Source: an uncultured Bacillota bacterium
GTDB taxonomy: Bacteria > Bacillota_I > Bacilli_A > RFN20 > CAG-449
NCBI GenBank assembly: GCA_902493275.1
Contig: CABUOQ010000004.1
Span: 7,337 to 71,336 of the forward strand
DNA length: 64,000 nt
Direction: 5' to 3'
Shown: one piece after another, positions 59,495 to 64,000 of the stretch
Numbering within the stretch: position 1 is the first letter of the stretch
How the letters are laid out: each line of letters begins with the position of its first letter
Translations under genes and position numbers: made by a program
The notes under the pieces: generated by a model
Told to the model about the DNA's origin: nothing
Seen by the model: only the letters and a program-made list of their open reading frames with translations
Databases searched by the model: none

Positions 59495-61779
59495 TTATAT
59501 ATATAAGGTGTACCACTTTGAGCACTTTGTATAAGCGCTGCCTTACCAACAGCTTTTGTATATGTTTCATATCCATCAGCTTCAAAGACTATATATGCGT
59601 TTTTAGTTGTTGAAACAACCAAAGAATATCTTCCGTTTACTACATAGGTGAAATTGCTTGGATCATCACGATTATATACTTTAGCCTCTTCAACATTACA
59701 TGTACCCTCAACAGTTGCATTAGCAATTGATAATGTTATATCTATTTTCTTTGGTGTATTTGATAAATCTGCACCAGCAATTTCAATCACATTAGAAATA
59801 TATCCATCAGCACTTACATTAAGCTTTGCATCAATTCCACTTATTAAATATAAAGAATATTTTCCATTTTCATCGACATTATAAGAATTAACTAATGCTG
59901 TTGTAATTGGCTTTTCATCACTATCTGTGACAGTTCCATATACCTTGGTAGCATATGTTTGATTATTGCTAGCACGATATAAACCATTATCTAAACCTAA
60001 ACGACAATATTGATCAGTATATTCTGGAGCAACATAATCTTCAAAGCCCTCACCTTTAAAGTTCCAACCATCCCAATCGTTTAAAGATTGTGACCACATT
60101 CCGCAAGAAAAACCAATAAGTTCATTACTTTCAATCCCTAAAAATGCATATGGAATAAACGCTTCAATATAATATGTAGTTCCTGATAGATATGCTTTAT
60201 TAGTAATTTTAGATGCTGAAACAACATTGTTATTACCATCTCCAAAATTAACAATTGAAATACCGCCATCGCCTTTAAAATCAATGCGGTAATCAGATTT
60301 ATCTCTACCATGAAAAGAAGAACCAGTATCAATAAATAATTCGATATGGTCACCATTTAAAACAGCAGTCGTGGTTTTATACAAAATATTTATTCCTTCA
60401 AATCCACGATATAATTCCGCTTCACAATGAGTTATGCCTCTAGCTCCGCCAAAACTTACTATTGATGTTGGAGAATATAACGCAATCACATCTAAATTAG
60501 TAATCCCATTAGCTGTTAAATCTAAAATCTCTAATGCTGTTAAAGAACTGCGATAATTTTCTTTCTCAACCGATAAAACTAAATCATTATCAAGAACAAT
60601 TTCTAAAGAAAACATCCCCATATAATCTGAAGTTGTCGAAATATTACCTACTGAAACAATTGCGTTTTCGATTGTTCCCTCAGAAGGATTTTTTATCGTC
60701 CCTTTTAAAGTAGTTTTAACTTGTTTTGATGTATTCACCAAGCCAACATTCAAATTATAAACACCATTTATCGAATTTTTTAATTCAGAACTTGATAGTA
60801 CTTTTTCATACTCTTTATAGCCACTTTTGGTATACTTAATTGTTAAAGAATTATTTGGATTAATATTTTCAATTGTATATTTACCATTATTATCAGAAAT
60901 ATACGTTTCTTTATCAATATAGATATTAGCTCCAGAAAGAGGTGTTCCCTCTTGGTCTTTAATTGTACCTGTAATACTTATATTATCCATTGGAAGATTA
61001 TCACGAGAATAAATTTTATTATTTGATAATACCAAATATCCTTGAGGTGATTGTGGATCGATAAAATTACCTTCATATGTAATTCCCCCCCATGTATACG
61101 CTAAAGTTTCACTTGTTGAGTCTTTACCACGTGATACATGACCGAGAGAAAATCCAAACACTGAATTACGAGTAATGCCTACTTGAGCATATGGAACCAT
61201 CAATTCAACGCTATAACCTTTATCCGTATCGCTATCATCATTTAAGGTTCCATCTAATAGAATTTCATAATCTAATAATCCATTCCAAGAACCCCATTGA
61301 CCATTAGAGCCAACAAAAATTCTTGTTTTTCCATGGGCTCCAATATTAATTTGAATATCATCAGTTTGAGGCTTTAAAGCTGCATCATTTTTAAAATCAA
61401 AATATATTTCCACGGAGTCACCTTTAGTAACATCATCACCATTATTGTTACCCACAGTTTGAATATCGATATCATTCACTTTGAAAAAACAATAAAGAGC
61501 GCTTTGTCCACGATACATCTTTACACTAGCTTGTAATGCAGCTCCAAATTTTATTTCTTCTGTAGCCGATGCCCATTGCTCTTCATCATCGATTCCATCG
61601 ACTTTTAATTCTGGAGTAGTATAATTACCATCAAAATCAAATTGATCACCTGTCTCTTCCTTGCTTTGCTCATAATCAATCACATCTAACTTGCCTCCAT
61701 TAGAAGAAGTTTGATTGTTAATTGTATTACATCCTGCTAAGGTTAATCCAATAAGAGCCAAAAATATTTTTTTATTCAT
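59473..61779 (-). CDS. Lipoprotein with two CBM9-like domains and several CarboxypepD_reg-like domains
   Basis: 768 aa. Lipobox LTLAGC. CBM9-like pattern (VDGIDDEEQWASA ... GDSVEIYFD ... YSVELMVPY). Repeated GTIKDQEGTPLSGANIY-type Ig-like modules. Confidence 0.6.
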   Translation of the reverse strand: MNKKIFLALIGLTLAGCNTINNQTSSNGGKLDVIDYEQSKEETGDQFDFDGNYTTPELKVDGIDDEEQWASATEEIKFGAALQASVKMYRGQSALYCFFKVNDIDIQTVGNNNGDDVTKGDSVEIYFDFKNDAALKPQTDDIQINIGAHGKTRIFVGSNGQWGSWNGLLDYEILLDGTLNDDSDTDKGYSVELMVPYAQVGITRNSVFGFSLGHVSRGKDSTSETLAYTWGGITYEGNFIDPQSPQGYLVLSNNKIYSRDNLPMDNISITGTIKDQEGTPLSGANIYIDKETYISDNNGKYTIENINPNNSLTIKYTKSGYKEYEKVLSSSELKNSINGVYNLNVGLVNTSKQVKTTLKGTIKNPSEGTIENAIVSVGNISTTSDYMGMFSLEIVLDNDLVLSVEKENYRSSLTALEILDLTANGITNLDVIALYSPTSIVSFGGARGITHCEAELYRGFEGINILYKTTTAVLNGDHIELFIDTGSSFHGRDKSDYRIDFKGDGGISIVNFGDGNNNVVSASKITNKAYLSGTTYYIEAFIPYAFLGIESNELIGFSCGMWSQSLNDWDGWNFKGEGFEDYVAPEYTDQYCRLGLDNGLYRASNNQTYATKVYGTVTDSDEKPITTALVNSYNVDENGKYSLYLISGIDAKLNVSADGYISNVIEIAGADLSNTPKKIDITLSIANATVEGTCNVEEAKVYNRDDPSNFTYVVNGRYSLVVSTTKNAYIVFEADGYETYTKAVGKAALIQSAQSGTPYIYNCTMKAL

Positions 61780-63829
61780 AGAAGTCCTCCTGAATATAAT
61801 TACTTAGAATAACGTTTTTAGCGTTATATATACCACTTAATCCCATGGTATCTTGGTAAGGTAGTGTCGTTACAAACATCAATTCATCATTTATAAATAC
61901 ATTAATAACATCATCATTAATCTTCATTTTTAAAGTATATTTTTCATTAACTTTAATTGGTATTGGCTTATCATAGACCCGTTGTGTTTCATATTGACAA
62001 TGCTCAACAACTAATAAATCATTTCTTAATCCAACAATATATCCCATAAAACGTGGATGTTGGTTACTGGAGTGTGTTGAATAATTAGAAGCGTTAAATA
62101 TCAATCCAAACAACGAATTATCATCAAACTTTTTGATTACAAAATCGATTGAAGCAATTTTTGATGGATGAGTAAATATATATCTTTTATCAATTTTCAC
62201 TATATTTTTAATTAATCGCTCATTATCAATTAATTCCTTAACTAAAAGGTTTTTTATTTTTATTTTTCCTTTTATTAAAGTTATAGTTAAATGATCATCT
62301 TTTTCAATTAGCAATTTGCATAAAAATCTATTTCTAAATGTATATTCATTGTCTTCTTGATGAATTATCACAACCTGAGAATCAGATTTTGAATTAATTA
62401 ACATTTCGACATCTTCTAAAACATCAATGTTTCCAAATAAATAATAATATTTTGTGGAAGAAGATTTTAAATAGAAATTGAGAGGTTTTGATAAAGTGAC
62501 ATAGTATTCTTTATTATCAATCTTGTTAATATCCATCTCATTAATCAAAAGATTGCCTGGAATATTTATTCTCATCTTAGAATTACTAGAACCATTTACA
62601 TGATTGGTAAACGCGGTATAATATAGATTCTGTTTATACACATATCCAATTTTACCTTTCTTTATTTTATTACAACCACCAATATATACATTATCAAAAT
62701 ATATTAATAAATTATCAGCATTAACAATTCTAATGGTATGAAAATTTAAACAGTTCATACTTAATGCCTTAAAAAAGATTTTTTGACCATTATCATCATA
62801 TATGCTTAATCCTTTTTTAGAATAATCAATTAAAGTAAACTTTTCATTTTGATTCTTGATGATTATTTTATTTTCACCTTTAAAATTAAACTCTGCCGTA
62901 AAGGCTTCATCCGTGGATAATTTAGATAAAACTAAATCTTTCTCTAAATAAAAATTATTCATCGAATGTTCTAAATCATCTTCAATTAATGGACGAGGTG
63001 GTTTAGGCTTTATCATATTTGAAGGATTTACTGCCATCATCCTTCCATTAAAATAGATATTATCAATACCTAAATATCGAAAAACTCTATTTTTTTTATT
63101 TTCTAAAACGTGATACGCAGCATAATACTGGTCTAAGTTAGGTCCTAAGACAACTGAATTATGCCCTAACGCTGAATAATTCTTTTTAGTGGAAATTATT
63201 AATGGTTCATCAGCAACATGGTAATCATCATCAATATTTAATGAAGTTGCATATTTTACCCTATATGCTGTTGAAACTAAGAAATTACCGCAATAAGTGG
63301 CGTAATAATATGGGTATCGATAAAAAATACTAGGACCTTCAGTCCACCCACGACTAATCTGAGGTAAAATATATTTTCGATTTGTTAATTTGACTTTATC
63401 TTCATCAAAATCTAACATGCAAATACCATTATGATCTGCGCGAATAAACTTGAGATTAAAATCCTTATCATGAACAAAACTACCATCAATCATCGAATGT
63501 AAATTTTCACTTATCAATGAAAATGGACCTGTTGGAGAACTGCTTTTTAAAAAATAATGACCGTTACCACCTGGTGAAGTACACATATAAAATACTCCAT
63601 CATGATAAATAACTTCCGGTGCATAAGCATTTTTTAAAATGGGATTTTTAACTACATAACCATATTCTTGATAGTTCACCAAATCATCAGATATAAAAAC
63701 TCTTATTCCTTCATCATCTATTTCACAAGATGGATATAGATAATATTTTCCATTAAATCTTAAGATAAATGGATCTCCACAAGAGTAAGGCTCACCATTT
63801 TTTAACTTTAACGTTATTGGATTTTTCAT
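61772..63829 (-). CDS. Cytoplasmic GH43-family glycoside hydrolase with C-terminal beta-sandwich modules
   Basis: 685 aa with no signal peptide. GDPFILRFNGKYYLYPS, AYAPEVIYHDGVFYM and WTEGPSIF. Paralogous to 57047-59494. Confidence 0.8.
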   Translation of the reverse strand: MKNPITLKLKNGEPYSCGDPFILRFNGKYYLYPSCEIDDEGIRVFISDDLVNYQEYGYVVKNPILKNAYAPEVIYHDGVFYMCTSPGGNGHYFLKSSSPTGPFSLISENLHSMIDGSFVHDKDFNLKFIRADHNGICMLDFDEDKVKLTNRKYILPQISRGWTEGPSIFYRYPYYYATYCGNFLVSTAYRVKYATSLNIDDDYHVADEPLIISTKKNYSALGHNSVVLGPNLDQYYAAYHVLENKKNRVFRYLGIDNIYFNGRMMAVNPSNMIKPKPPRPLIEDDLEHSMNNFYLEKDLVLSKLSTDEAFTAEFNFKGENKIIIKNQNEKFTLIDYSKKGLSIYDDNGQKIFFKALSMNCLNFHTIRIVNADNLLIYFDNVYIGGCNKIKKGKIGYVYKQNLYYTAFTNHVNGSSNSKMRINIPGNLLINEMDINKIDNKEYYVTLSKPLNFYLKSSSTKYYYLFGNIDVLEDVEMLINSKSDSQVVIIHQEDNEYTFRNRFLCKLLIEKDDHLTITLIKGKIKIKNLLVKELIDNERLIKNIVKIDKRYIFTHPSKIASIDFVIKKFDDNSLFGLIFNASNYSTHSSNQHPRFMGYIVGLRNDLLVVEHCQYETQRVYDKPIPIKVNEKYTLKMKINDDVINVFINDELMFVTTLPYQDTMGLSGIYNAKNVILSNYIQEDFYE

Positions 63830-63831
63830 CT

Positions 63832-64000
63832 TTACTCCTTAGTTCCAGATAAGGCAATGGAATTGATAAAGAAATTTTGAAAGCAGAAAAATATTAAAAT
63901 CATCGGTATAGATGCAAGAACTGATCCTGCCATAATTGTTGGTAGTTCCACGCCAGAAGCATTGCTTGACAATAAGGAATTTAAATAGACTTGCAAGGTA
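63832..64000 (-). CDS. Carbohydrate ABC transporter permease (MalG/BPD_transp_1 type), C-terminal fragment; N-terminus outside window
   Basis: Own translation: ..TLQVYLNSLLSSNASGVELPTIMAGSVLASIPMILIFFCFQNFFINSIALSGTKE then a stop (TAA at 63834-63832). The MAGSVLASIP...F.Q..F tail is typical of sugar ABC permeases. Its last codons supply the AAGGAG RBS of the GH43 gene. Confidence 0.7.
   Translation of the reverse strand, partial: TLQVYLNSLLSSNASGVELPTIMAGSVLASIPMILIFFCFQNFFINSIALSGTKE

Noticed and set aside
1-64000. CRISPR arrays, rRNA genes, IS elements or transposases, and prophage structural genes.
   Set aside because: I saw no regularly spaced short repeats, no rRNA-like sequence and no transposase-like or phage structural ORFs. 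The only mobile-element trace is the truncated integrase at 53622-54080.
1-64000. Mollicutes-type genetic code (TGA read as Trp), considered because of the AT-richness and lipoprotein style.
   Set aside because: All conserved genes (mnmG, sufB, sufS, cysK and others) are full length under the standard code. Trp is encoded by TGG where I checked, and TGA appears as a terminator (for example just upstream of the RHS fragment).

Overview
This is an AT-rich (roughly 70% A+T by eye), densely coding chromosomal segment that reads cleanly with the standard bacterial code. The gene content looks like a low-GC Bacillota lineage. It has many lipobox lipoproteins with Ser-rich linkers, a sufCDSUB operon, yhaM/yhaO/yhaN-type genes, a peptidoglycan DD-carboxypeptidase and YjcZ-like tiny peptides. 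[FeFe]-hydrogenase genes give it an anaerobe signature. An Erysipelotrichia or Mollicutes-related gut or rumen organism is plausible but cannot be established from sequence alone. The window contains these blocks:

- **1-5441, minus strand:** NuoF-like and NuoE-like hydrogenase subunits, preceded by a sensory HydS, a PP2C phosphatase and a small 2Fe-2S protein (hfs-like regulatory module).
- **5524-6531:** DD-carboxypeptidase.
- **6532-11383:** a degraded accessory island. It holds an N-terminally truncated RHS C-terminal cassette with a membrane/HExxH tail, two copies of a roughly 200 bp repeat carrying a frameshifted small lipoprotein gene, a 4-TM protein and a secreted C39-like cysteine peptidase.
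- **11384-18651:** sufC-D-S-U-B, mnmG and rsmG in one tight co-directional string.
- **18793-19005:** two unannotated tiny Cys-tailed TM peptide genes.
- **19223-34184:** housekeeping and miscellaneous genes. These are PrsA-like and other lipoproteins, HIT, yhaM, recX, a UPF0104 membrane protein, an NYN protein, tRNA-Thr, a two-component system, a hydrolase, cysE/cysK and TetR.
- **34266-41266:** three tandem paralogous lipoproteins next to an AbrB-like/ABC-2 exporter unit.
- **41401-47005:** an AraC regulator divergent from two large multi-module lipoproteins, one with an SGNH esterase domain.
- **47096-50619:** a YhaO/YhaN (SbcF/SbcE)-like nuclease/ATPase pair.
- **50772-53345:** small metabolic genes, including an acyltransferase gene bracketed by about 37 bp direct repeats.
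- **53462-54080:** tRNA-Leu followed by a truncated tyrosine integrase.
- **54913-64000:** a GH43/CBM-lipoprotein/ABC-permease glycan utilisation cluster.

I saw no CRISPR array, rRNA, intact transposase or prophage. The best candidates for something undescribed are the RHS/peptidase/lipoprotein-repeat island and the triplet lipoprotein family. All functional calls come from motif recognition by eye and need HMM or BLAST confirmation.
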